A stretch of 64,000 nt of DNA, from positions 105,896,001 to 105,960,000 of the forward strand of contig NC_042999.1 in the NCBI RefSeq assembly GCF_006345805.1, written 5' to 3'. Each line of letters opens with the position of its first letter. Positions within the stretch are counted from its first letter, which is position 1. Shown here piece by piece: positions 52,323 through 64,000 of the stretch. The notes under the pieces were generated by a model that saw nothing but the letters and a program-made list of their open reading frames with translations, was not told the DNA's origin and made no database searches. A program made the position numbers and the translations under genes. The DNA is from Octopus sinensis. Lineage: Eukaryota.

Positions 52323-52821
52323 CAGGCTATATACCTGATATAACAATTGCTGTTTTCCGTAGTAACTTGCGTGCAATCAGCAAATCTTGAGAAATTCTTT
52401 AGATTTTCTTTAGATTTACAACTTCCTTTATACTACAATTTTAATGATAGAGATTTGGCCAGTTCTGATGTCGTCGCTGACTACAATTTTCTTGGATACC
52501 TTCGAAGGAGACACTTTATTTTTTAGAACACCTGCTAAAGAAGTGAAGCAATTTGATGCAATTGTACTAAGCTTGCTACAAAGAGCGATCAATACATTTG
52601 AATACTGATTCATTTTTACATAATATCGTATGACGCGATTACATTTTGCACATATGTTATACGTATCTGAAGGCAATAAGCTACCAAAATATTCTCTAAG
52701 ATAGATATATTGATATGTTTATGTATATACATGAGTGAATATACAAATGTACACTCGCACACACACACATGTACGGACACACACGTATGTATATGTATAT
52801 ATATATATATATATATAATAT

Positions 52822-52854
<33 letters not shown>

Positions 52855-52948
52855 CACTGCATATCTCATATCTATTTTCATTCCTCCACCTTACACTCTA
52901 TTTCGCATCTTATCTAAAGTACCTTTTGCTTAAATATCTTCTCACACC

Positions 52949-52996
52949 GTCTCCGATGAAGGGATATAATGAATATCCTAGAAACAGCTGTAAGGC
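52949..52996 (+). ncRNA. Minimal hammerhead-like motif, variant core CCGAUGA (copy 2), inside a repeat of about 190 bp (52880-53070)
   Basis: GUCU CCGAUGA A GGGAUAU..AUAUCCU A GAAA C AGCU GUA AGGC: 7-bp stem II, stem I with one G-U pair; flanks resemble 38690-38880. Confidence 0.6.
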
Positions 52997-53154
52997 CTCC
53001 TATTTATTAATGTTCTAAAATCTACACTTCCTTGGGTTTTTTATCTCATTGCGAAAGAAATTTTTTTATAAATAAATATATAAATATATATATAGAGAGA
53101 GAGAGAGAGGAGGAGGAGAGAGAGAGAGAAAGAGAAGAGAGATATATCCGTTTT

Positions 53155-53345
53155 CAATTTTGACACAAGCCGACAAGTTCGGGGTCGAGGCTAAGTCAAT
53201 TACATCGACTCCAGTGTTCTACTGGTACTTATTTTATCGACCCCGAATGAGTGAAAGACAAAATCGACCATGGCGAAATTTGAACTCAGAAGATAATGAC
53301 GAACGAAATGCCTCTAAGCGTTTTCCTGCGTGTGATAAATACTCT
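53155..53345 (-). mobile_element. SINE family C
   Basis: ctggtacttattttatcgaccccga...aaatttgaactcagaa matches the copies at 52.2 and 50.6 kb. Confidence 0.8.
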
Positions 53346-53383
53346 GCCTACAGGCCGTGTGAAGAGATACGTTAACTTCTATA

Positions 53384-53429
<46 letters not shown>

Positions 53430-53479
53430 ATGTATATGTATATATGTATGTATATTTGTATTATGTACGTATGTAAAGG

Positions 53480-54720
53480 TCAACACCACCATTAAACAGA
53501 TGGAACTTCGAAAAGCACCTTACCTCCGTGGACTACTTATGGAGTTAAATAGGCTGTCGAGGGTCAGAAAACATCTTCAAAACTTTTGCAACAACACTCA
53601 CCGTAGAAAGAGGCCCATGGAATGTGGTGTATCTGGCATCATTTCCATTAATAAGAAGGGCAACTTGATAATATCTGTCCAAATAAAAATGGGTTCCCTC
53701 AAGACAGGTGAACAACTTCGCAAATCTTAACTCTGAAAAACTAATTGAAGATATTCCAAATCATAACCAAGTAGCTGTTGCTATTTTCATCGACTTCCGT
53801 AAGTTATTTGACTTCAAAGACAGGAATGATATGTTCAGGAATTTAAGTTCTTGTGGTGTTCCAGGTTTCATCATTGAAGCGTTCGTCTACATCTGTTACT
53901 TTGGAAGGTGATACTGACTACTTGGAGAAGAACAGTGGAGTCCTACAAAGTTATCTTCCTCTTCATTGAGATACTTGTCAATGGTCTGAGAAGTGCCATC
54001 ACACCATCAGATGGAGTTACACTCAAGAGACGTCGGAGCTATCTAGTAGAAATGATTGTAGAATTTACATTTGCACACGATATATTTATTGTTGAAGACA
54101 ACTCCTGAACAGCCAAGGATTTACTCCACCGTGTTCAGAGAACTACACAGGAACTTGTTTTTTTCCTTGAACATTCCTGAAACGAAGTGCATAAACCTAA
54201 ATTCAGCCATCAGTTCTCCGCTGTGCTTTCACTTGGTGGAACCAAAAGGGAAATGTTAAAGACTCCAAGTTTTGGGGTGGCTACACCGAGTCTTGTTGTC
54301 TCTGCTCGAAGCTGTCAGGCCTGAAGTCTGTCAACTTTCTTCGTAACGTCTGGAATGCATCAATCAATCGATCCATCAAAATCAAGGTTTACAAAGGCGC
54401 TATGGAATCGATCATTCTTTATGGCTCAGAGTCACGGAACCTGACATCTGCAATGACAAGGAAGCTAGATGGTAGCTACACCCGACTTTTGTGTACTGCC
54501 TTTACTACTTCGTGGAAGTCGCACACAATTAACAAGATCTTACATGAGCATTTTCTTAAAATTTCATAAAGCACTTTCTTGCTCTTATTGGACATGTAAT
54601 AGGACACAGTGAAACTGCTGGGGGAGTTCCGCTATAGTCCCCCGTTGTCACTTGTTGACGTAGTTGCTCGAACCTGACCATCAAGAAAATCCGTGAGGAA
54701 GACGGTGTACTACATATCAG
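53480..54720 (+). mobile_element. Heavily decayed RTE-like LINE RT relic
   Basis: AIFIDFRKLFD..MFRNLSSCGVP, FTFAHDI (decayed YADD), KIKVYKGAMESIILYGSES..LDGSYTRLL. Confidence 0.75.
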
Positions 54721-57003
54721 TGTCTTGATGAATGCGATACAAACCGCGAAACTGGAGAAACCTCATAGTGTCACCAATTGGTATTTTAGGATTTGGAAAT
54801 AATAACTGAATACACAAAATTTTCTCTTATTTGAAGGATGAATTCTAGCCTTGGAACAAAACTTGAGAACACCCTCTAGAAAAGCTCAGTGAAATTTTAG
54901 TTGACCTTGCCGCATATTCAATCGGGGCATCTAAAATTACACTGAATCCGCTATTCCGCCGGTTTAATTACTCAAGCATCTATGGAATTCAACACTCTCG
55001 ATATCATTTCGTGTTTTCTGGGGTACAGTAAATATTCTGCATAAATGCAACAAACGTTGTACAACCATAGACGCATTAAGTAAATTCTCAAACTGCCAAA
55101 GTTGTTCCATTTTACTATTGTATACACAGACATATTCAAACTCCTTATTCACATCAGAGGTGCATTCCCACATATGTATGTACAGCATATCACCAACCTT
55201 TCCTCCCTATACACGAAACAGTGCAGTAGCAATCTACTGCATGGTAATACTTACAAACCGCGATGCCATGCTCATTTTATCTACTAAACATCACGCATTC
55301 TATTACACATTCAAACAAATATATACATAAATATCTACTTGCTTTCTCAAAGATACATATTTATTCCCAACTTCACCCATAAATATGTCTCCCTATTCTC
55401 AGAAGCGTATCCGTAAAAAATACTTTTCACACGCATCTCATTTTAACACATTTACCATTTTTTGGCTTACTAATTGCTCTTCACAGCCCGCCACTTTTCT
55501 TTTATTCTACAATTCTTTTTATCACACATTCAATATTGTACTTTTATATTTTTTCTTTGAGGTTATAACAGTCAACTTTCCAAAGCGTTTCATTTCCCTG
55601 CGTTTTATTTTCTTTCCCCCACAACATTATTACTTGACCTTTTAACACCGTTCATTCTTTTCGTCGTTGACTTTGTTTTCTTTTATCTTTGCTTGTGTTT
55701 TTGCGCAATGACACAGACGCAACGCGAATTATCATTCTTATTGTATTTCATTATAATACCAGTAGACAATATCTTTTAAAATGAAATGATATCCAAGACT
55801 TAACGTCATAATAGTAGGAATTTTTTAGCGTAGGTTACGGGGAGAATTGAAGCAAAAATTACCATTTTAGTATGAAATACAAGAAAAATAATAAACATCA
55901 GCAACAATAACACAATAGCTAATTCATCTTTAAGTATATCACTGTTTCTGTAATATCAACTACCTTTTGTTCAAGATATTATAGAGTTATTTCAACGATA
56001 TCTGTCTGTTATATCCGGTGAGCTGATGCCGCCACGAAGATACTGTCAAGATGATTCTATATACGGGTTTTATGTGTATCTTTGTGAAAGCAAGTAGATA
56101 TTTATGTATATATTGGTTTGAGTGTGATTATGTAACTAGACACAGAGGTAAGTATGTATGCGTGTGATCGAATCCGTATATATGAGCGTACATCTATAGT
56201 CCTTCGTTATGTATATGACACAAATGTGTCATTGAATAATGCTGTATTGAAAATATGGTTTATGTGCTTAATATGTATTTTTCTTCTAAATCTCATATAG
56301 ATTTATTGATTCATAGTGGAAGATTATACGGATTACACTATGGTAATTCTTATACGAAGTGATTTATGTTGATTTTTCTCTGTTTGTCTTGGAATACTTT
56401 TTGAGGAATAAAAAATATGATTTAGCGACTTAAATACAAACATATACAAACGTGTTTAACTATTCCAATATAACATGCTTCGATAGATTACAATGATAAT
56501 TCGCTTTGTTAAATACTTATATATGGCGTATTTATTAATGCTTGCTGCCAAAACTTATTTGTACGTCATTTTGGAACGAGAAATTTTATATATCAATATT
56601 TTTAAAACACTTGTTTTAATATAGTTATTATTTCTTGTTTTACTCATCGATATTTAATCTAATTCAACCAGAGTAGGTATACTAAATTTTGAAGATCAAC
56701 GCTAATTGTAATGTATAACTGTAGACATCAGTAGGTTATCGCTTTTCAAAACAATACCAATGAAAGACAGACTCCAGAAAAACAGAATTTCTAAAGTGAA
56801 AAGTTTACACAAACTGGTTGATGAAGTGATGCTGACTAAATAAGAATAAGTGAAGTACGTTTATGTACATTAGCGCGATAGTATACAGAGCTGCAAAGCA
56901 GAATGCTAGTTCAAAGGTGTATAATCAATAAAATACATACATGGAATATAAAATAACGTTATTCGTCTCCGTGAGAATAGTTGTAATATGTTATTGAGTG
57001 TAC

Positions 57004-57216
57004 GGCGGCGAACTGACAGTATCGTTAGGACAACGGGTTAAATATTTACTGGCATTTTGCCCGTCTTTACGTTGAGTTCAATTTCCACCGACGTCGACTT
57101 TGCCTTTCATCATTTCGAGGTCGATAAATTAAGTACCAGTGAAACACTGGGGGTCGATGTATTCGACTTCCTCCCTCAACTAAAGTTGCTGACGTTATGC
57201 CAAAATTTGAAATCAA
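57004..57216 (+). mobile_element. SINE family C (tRNA-like head; central domain reminiscent of Meta/MESC-type SINEs)
   Basis: ggcggcgaactgacagtatcgttag...gagttcaatttcc (B-box-like)...gcctttcatcatttcgaggtcgataaattaagtaccag. The domain assignment is from memory and unverified. Confidence 0.8.
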
Positions 57217-57317
57217 TATATTCTTCAGTAAGAGAATTTACTGGCCTTACTCCTACTTTTTCTTTTTCTCTTTTTTCTCTGTCTGTCTGTTTGTCTCTCT
57301 CTCACTCTCTCTGTATG

Positions 57318-57365
<48 letters not shown>

Positions 57366-57473
57366 GAGTGTGTGTGTGTGTTGAGGATTAGAGATTATAA
57401 GATCTTTTTCTTAATTCCATTGCTTCAAAGTGCAACTTTGGTAAATTGTAATGCTTTTCATAATGCATGTTAC

Positions 57474-57517
57474 TTGAAGGTATCCTCAGAGGTGTTGGTA
57501 CTATATGTTATCTCTGG
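57474..57517 (-). CDS. Candidate short exon (PEITYSTNTSEDTF)
   Basis: Strong acceptor ttttttttttcttgacttctcag, donor gtaaca, 44 nt; no linked model established. Confidence 0.2.
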
Positions 57518-59873
57518 CTGAGAAGTCAAGAAAAAAAAAACTTGACTCTGAATAAGCCTATTTAAAAGGTGAGAATTTGGTAAGACCTGTGATGGAGAAC
57601 GACAATGATTTTATTCATGATCACTAAGGAGGTCGAGTTCTTTACACATACCGCAAAATCTTATATTTCATTGCTGTATCCTGCATTAATAACTGAAATT
57701 ACTTGGAAAGTATTTTGTTGTATGGCTCCGCAGAAACCGCATAATAGATTGAACTTAATACATGAATAATAATTAAAAATACAGTTTTGTCTTCCCGTTA
57801 CTTTAACATTAAACTAAAGTACACGAAACCGATGTAAACAAGTAAGAGTAGTAGATTGGTAAATGTTTAGAGCTTCGAAACTGTGATAAAGGTATTACAG
57901 TCTTGAAACTCTTCTAAATTCCAATATCTTCGATAAGCGTGTACATGAGTTACAAATATATATCTTTTGAACACCTGAGTTACTAGTTGTGCGTTTATGC
58001 AAATTCTGATTTAAATATTACCATACTCTTAACATTTTAATCCGTTTCATTTTAAAGTTATTAACATACATTGTGTAGAATGATAGCAGCTCTACAATGG
58101 CTTATCCACAATAGAGCGAGAATGATTAATATGACTCATATACTATAACGAAGTTGCAGTATTATTTAAACACATGAAAATCAAGAGAATTACGAACTTA
58201 TATGCATAATTAATGATATTATATAGCATAAGGGACTATTTTAAAGACGCTTTCGGCACGTACAATGGGAAGTGTACAGGTCTAAACATTATGAGGTCTT
58301 GCATTCGGTTTTCTCATCTATTATTTTTGAAGAGTAGGAAAACAAGACATTAGGTCTTCAAATGCTTCTGGCAAATAATTATATTTGACCTTTCACTGAT
58401 TTTTTCCTTTTATTTAGTGAGAAGCTTGAGTTTGAGTCTCTGCTAGCCACTATCTGAAGTAGAGTATTCCATTGTATCGTTGAGTAAATAAGTGTACTGT
58501 ATATATCGACAATACTTGATATTTTATGTCCTAAACCATTCCTTTATTCATTTTCCATGCAATAAAAAAGAAGCTAATAGATATCCGTGCAGAATTTGAG
58601 TGCATTGTGTGCCATCAGTATTTATTCAAAGAATTCGAAAACAATGATATATGCCAGTAGCGTTTTCATAAATTTCTTCTTCAAAAAATAACCAGATTAG
58701 CTTCAAATTTAAATACATATAATAATTAGAACCATGTGGATCTAAGACTAACGAGTTGTGTGAAGAATAACTTAAGATTAACTATCTATGCAATGTAAAG
58801 TTTAGGAAACATAAATGAAATTTTCAGACAAATTAATAACTTGTATTATATATAACTTGATTTCAAAAATAATTGCTTCCCTCTAAGCTTCAGAAACACT
58901 CAAAAATATAAAGCTTCGGATATTTGCTGTTATCCTAATTAAGACCATATCGTAAGCGTCAATTTAAATATATGTCCATTTCTTAGTTAGCATTGTTTCT
59001 ACTGTGCTAATATACAAGAAAGACCGAAAGCCAATTCATTTGGCATCATGGATAGAAATGTCCATGGTTTGATGAGTTACGTGTGATATGTTTCTATAAG
59101 AATCAGGAATACTTTTCGACAGAATCTTGGATTAAAGTAATAACTTATGAAATGTTAAGCAAAATTATGTAATGGGTACAACATCATAATTGTATCAGCG
59201 CATGTTGTTAGAATTGTTATATATCACTGTTCACGTAAATATATATCCTATAAATGCATGAATAAATTATTCAGTATCTTCTTCAAACTTGCTTTCTTTG
59301 CAGATTTTTCACTCTACTATTTTCATTACACTTTATTTCATTTTATTTCCCGCAATAGATTACAATAAATTTATTTTCTTTGTCTTTTATAAAGCTTGCA
59401 TTTCATATTCCTTATTTAGGTAACACTTAATGTTTTAATGCCAAAGCAATGCTTGCATTTATGTACAAATGTTCCACAGATAGCAGTTGTAAATATCGTA
59501 AATATCGTAAAATATTTTAAAATACGGTGTGCGTCAACGTAGTCATTTCTGCTGCTATATCCAAAATCCTAATTCCCCAATTGAGGCCTAACAAAGCATT
59601 AAAACTTACTGTACAATAGTTTCAAAACTAGTCAAAGCATCATCTGGTGAAGTGCATTTCTAAACTACTGTTAGGAATGCCAAACCCTATCGAATTTTTG
59701 AAGAATTTCATTGCAATATTTACGTCCAGCATTTTGATCCTTCCATGTACGCAAATATGCAAACTAATTTAATAAATAAAGCTGTACATATGCAGCACAT
59801 GCCGATCTATTTCGTTGGCTATATACACACACATATATATACACACACACGCACACCTCACACACACACACAC

Positions 59874-59907
<34 letters not shown>

Positions 59908-59933
59908 CATACACACACATACATACATATATA

Positions 59934-59985
<52 letters not shown>

Positions 59986-60049
59986 TATATAGAAGGAGCT
60001 TGTATTGAGTACCTTATTTACTGTGTTAACCCCGAATCAACCCGGGACC

Positions 60050-60096
<47 letters not shown>

Positions 60097-60104
60097 CAGG
60101 TATA

Positions 60105-60930
60105 TAGTGATGGACGTAAGGGTAGAAAGAGACAGAATTAAAGAATGTGGAAAAACGTTAACGATTCAAGGAACAGCACTCTCGTTGGTACCGTCAAAGG
60201 AATTTTCGGAAAGATTACAACAAATAATGGTCCTGTACAAAACTTTAAAAGTATCCACGGGAAAAATCGAAACCGCGACGACTGAGAGTATATAAAAAAT
60301 ACTAAAAAATATTAAACACCTAGTGACGTTTGTAACGAGAGGTCAGAAATTCGGAGTGGTAGAACTCAGGTTCGCATCTGAGGAAAGAGGCAGCAGAGCA
60401 TGCAGTAGATGCGATTAGGGACGACGAATGTGCCTTCCTACCGAGTTACTGCGGGAAAAGAATGGCGAGAGTAAGGGTGGGTAAAATCCCACCCGAATAC
60501 GACGAGACGTGGATTATGGCGGCAGTGTTATTCCACATGAAGCAGAGTGCGAAAATATTGAAGGAAACAAGAACTCAAAAGGTGAACTTTTGGTGATACG
60601 AGCTAGAAATGAAGATTCAAGCCACCCTATAAGACCTGAACTCCATAACTGAAGAAATAGTATTGCACGAAAGAAGCAAGTTGAAAGTGGTGGCAGGGGG
60701 CAGACCTGTGAAATGTTTGATATGTAGCGAAAGAGGACACAAAAAAGCGGACTGCCCTCGAAACAAGGAAAAAGAGAGTGGGGAGAGTTCGACGCAGAGA
60801 GAGGCAACCGTGGAAGGGTGTGAAGAAGAAGCTGAAACAGAGGATACAGAAGAATTCGTAGAGATGAAACCACGGAAAAGAAAATGTAGAAGGGGTTCTC
60901 CACCGAAGAAGAATATAACATACACGTAAC
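60105..60930 (+). mobile_element. Decayed L1/Tx1-type ORF1
   Basis: QKFGVVELRFASEE..RVRVGKIPPEYDE..KVVAGGRPVKCLICSERGHKKADC (perfect CCHC knuckle), followed by an acidic/basic tail. Confidence 0.8.
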
Positions 60931-61229
60931 TATAGATTAAAAAAAATAATATATTATAACAGTAATTATAATTATCTGTTAACTATAATTTCTAGAATGC
61001 AATAGGGTTATTTAGTGAATTTCCTAAGAGATTAATTTCTTTACTGATATTAATCTGTCATAAGCAACAATGTCAATTCTGAGTTATGGTTTTAGCTCCT
61101 GTCAAAGTAATCGTATAATTAAAGGTAAAGGATACTTATATTTTTTCTCAATACTTTACGCACGCATACAAATATGCATATTCACATACATTAGTAATGG
61201 TTTATATTTAAATACGTTGGTTGGTAAAG

Positions 61230-62320
61230 TACACATATCTGAGTCTATCGACCAACGCATTCAGTGTAACTTCTTTCTATCATGTTTTCCGCTGGAATTA
61301 AACGGACGGAATAAGATTGAAGCTATCAACACCTGGGCGTGTTCACTCCTTAGATATGGAGCAGTGGTAATTGCATGGACAGTAGACGAACTAAACAACT
61401 TAGAAAGAAAGGCAAGGAAGTTGCTAACGAGATATAGGTCAGTCCGCCCAAAAAGTGACACCGACAAACAATATCTCCCAAGAAAAAGAGGTGGAAGAGG
61501 ACTTACTGGATGCGAAAATAACATTAGAGCAGAAGAAAAGAACATAGCATGGTATGTAAAAAATGCCACAGAACCGCGATTATTAGAAGTAGGAAGGTCA
61601 GGCTTATATAGGATCATAGATTGCAAAGATAAAAATAAAGAAAATGATAAGTGCTGAATCTGAAGACAAAACAGTGAAATCGTATGGCATATTACCAGCC
61701 AATGAACGCTACTATCCCAGAAGGAATATAATATAAAAGACGCCACGACAATATAGCCAGTCTTGTCCATTGGACACTTTGCAACAAGTATGAACTTGAC
61801 AGACCAAAAATATTGGTACGACCACAATCCTGAAGGCATCATTGAAAATGGAAAAGCAAAGATCCTATGGGATTTTATGATTCAGTGAGACCATGAGATA
61901 GAGAATAGGAAACGGGACATAGTCTTAATTGAGAAAACAAACTATGTTGGATCATAGATATAGCATGCCCAACTGACAACAAGGTATGCGATAAGGAAGA
62001 AAGAAAAGTCGAGAGACATGACAGGTTAGCTTGGGAAGTTAATCAGTTGTGGTCGATGAAAAAGTTATCAGTAGTACTAATAAGTGTCGGAGCCCTGGGA
62101 AATGTCTGCATAAATCTGGAGAAGTACGTGGAATAAATAGGGGCTGTAACAAGTGTGGAGCACTAGCAGAAAACAGCACCCCTAGGAATCGCTCGAATAG
62201 TCAGGAAGGTGCTCGAAAAATAAGAGGTGTTACCTTAGTTCACTGGTAGTGAACAGCTGACACTGTAATACATCTTCAGTGTTAGAAGCTGTGCAAAGGC
62301 AATAATAATAATAATAATAC
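61230..62320 (+). mobile_element. R4/Dong-like element, array copy 1 (internally deleted)
   Basis: LNGRNKIEAINTWACSLLRYG..PKSDTDKQYLPRKRGGRGL, then RHDNIA..WIIDIACP..VGALG; 3' UTR ends in (AAT)n at about 62302-62320. Confidence 0.88.
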
Positions 62321-63520
62321 GTACTCGGGATATTGGAAGACAGAAAAATTTAAGACAGAGTACTTGCGCAGACTAAGATGGATACTTAAGTCGAAATTAA
62401 ACGGACGAAATAAGGTTAAATCTATCAACGCAAGGGTGGTTTCACTACTTAGATATGGAGCAGGGGTAATCGCATCGATAATAGAAGAACCAATGAGCTT
62501 TAACTGAAAGACAAGGAAGTTGCTGACTAGATATGGGATACTCCACCCAAAAAGTAATACAGATAGGCTGTAAGTACCAAGAAAAGGATGAGGAACAGCA
62601 GTGATTTGATGCAAGCACAGCATTAGATTAGGTGAAAACAACCCAGCATGGTATATAAAAAATTCCACAGAACCACTATTACTGGAAGTAAAAAGGTCAT
62701 GCTTGTGTACGATGGAAGATTACAAAGATAAAACACTGTACACGCACTTGAGAATGAATGAAACTGAAAATGGGTGGATAAAGAAAACAATTCATGGATA
62801 TTGTCATAGAAATGTTGAAAACAAGATGACTATGGACGACTGAAATTGATTTAAAACCGGAAACGGAAACTCTAATCTGTGCTGCCCAAGAGCAAGCATT
62901 AAGAACCTATTACATCAAATACACAACAGACAACACATCAGAAAGAGATAAGTGCAGAATTTGTGCACAAAATGTTTGAAACCGTATGGTATGTAGCAGT
63001 CTATGTACGCCACTAGCCAAAGCGACGTCATGACAATATAGCAAGGATTGTCAATTGGAAACTTGGCAAAAAGTATATACTTCACAGAGCAAAATATTGG
63101 TACGAACATAAACCCGAAGGCATCATCGAAAATGATAATGCAAAGATTCTATGGGATTTTATGATTCGGTGCGACCATGAGATAAAGAATAGGAAAGGAG
63201 ATGTAGTGTTAATTCAGAAAGAAAGCGAATGATGTTGGATCACATATGTAGCATGCCAAGCAGACAAGTTATGCGATAAGGAAGAAAGAAAAGTCGATAG
63301 ATATGAGAGGTTAGCTTGGGAGATTAATCGGTTGTTTTCGCTGGAAAAGGTGGTAGTAGTACAAATAATTGTCTACATGGGACAAATAGGGGCTGCTTGG
63401 AACTACGCGAATACACCGAATGGTGCTCCAAATATAAGGTATGCTACCTTAGTTCTCTGGTAGTGAACAGCTGGCACCGTAATACATCTACAGCGATAGA
63501 AGCTGTGCAAAGACAATTCC
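62321..63520 (+). mobile_element. R4/Dong-like element, array copy 2
   Basis: LKSKLNGRNKVKSIN..LLRYGAG..HPKSNTDRL..ETETLICAAQEQALRT..CRICAQ..WYEHKPEGIIENDNAKILWDFMIRCD; 3' UTR similar to copy 1. Confidence 0.88.
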
Positions 63521-63533
63521 ACTAAAAATGATA

Positions 63534-63534
<1 letters not shown>

Positions 63535-63577
<43 letters not shown>

Positions 63578-63636
63578 ATAATAATAATAATAATAATAAT
63601 AATATCTACTTCAGAAGAAGAAGAAGAAGAAGAAGA
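63535..63636. repeat. (ACT)n-(AAT)n-(GAA)n compound triplet repeat between array copies 2 and 3
   Basis: Directly visible. Confidence 0.95.
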
Positions 63637-63639
63637 AAC

Positions 63640-64000
63640 AAAAGCTATAAAACAAATGAAATCCAAACAAAAAATAGAACAGCAACGAACCATGATAAAA
63701 TGATGGCAAGAAAAGCCCCTTCATGGCAAATACTGGACTAAGCTAAATGCAAAAGAAAGAGACAAAGAAAAATCCCAGCAATTGTTGAGAAGCTCAGGAA
63801 TCAAAGCAGAGACAGAAGGATTTTTAATTGCAGCACAAGACCAAAGCCTTCCCCACCAGAAATTACCATAAACATGTAATGAAAAGAAATATAACAAGTA
63901 ACTGCAGAATATGTGGAGATGGACAAGAAACAATAAATCATATTATCTCTGGCTGCCCAGTCCTGGCTAAGAAGGAATATATTCACAGACACGACAGAGT
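63640..64000 (+). mobile_element. R4/Dong-like element, array copy 3 (same subfamily as 49690-50420); runs off the window
   Basis: KPLHGKYW..KAETEGFLIAAQDQSL..HVMKRNITSNCRICGDGQETINHIISGCPVLAKKEYIHRHDR; near-identical to the reverse complement of about 50250-50400. Confidence 0.9.

Noticed and set aside
55979-56020. Plus-strand 42-nt exon candidate with donor gtgagc
   Set aside because: Isolated and too short to support without transcript data.

Overview
AT-rich eukaryotic DNA, almost entirely intergenic or intronic, saturated with (TA)n/(TG)n/(CA)n/(AAT)n microsatellites and decayed transposons. The SINE sequences look like those I recall from octopus, so a cephalopod origin is inferred, not proven. 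Most of the ORF track is microsatellite noise. Supportable elements are: three mariner transposase relics; L1/Tx1-type LINE relics with CCHC knuckle, APE endonuclease, RT and zf-RVT motifs; two RTE relics; a CR1/L2-type relic; a Penelope-like element (RT + GIY-YIG, Naiad-like motifs); seven R4/Dong-like restriction-like-endonuclease LINE pieces, three of them in a head-to-tail array punctuated by triplet repeats; three tRNA-derived SINE families; two foldback/MITE-like inverted repeats; and two near-identical tandem duplications bounded by (TA)n. No intact autonomous element and no confidently identified host gene were found, although a phase-compatible minus-strand exon chain (32.1-40.3 kb) is a candidate. 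The most interesting signal is a set of minimal hammerhead-ribozyme-like motifs, invisible to the ORF track, with palindromic (dimer-type) stem III and non-canonical cores. They sit in short non-coding elements, one of which is a tRNA-headed, hammerhead-tailed composite that may be a Penelope-mobilised SINE.
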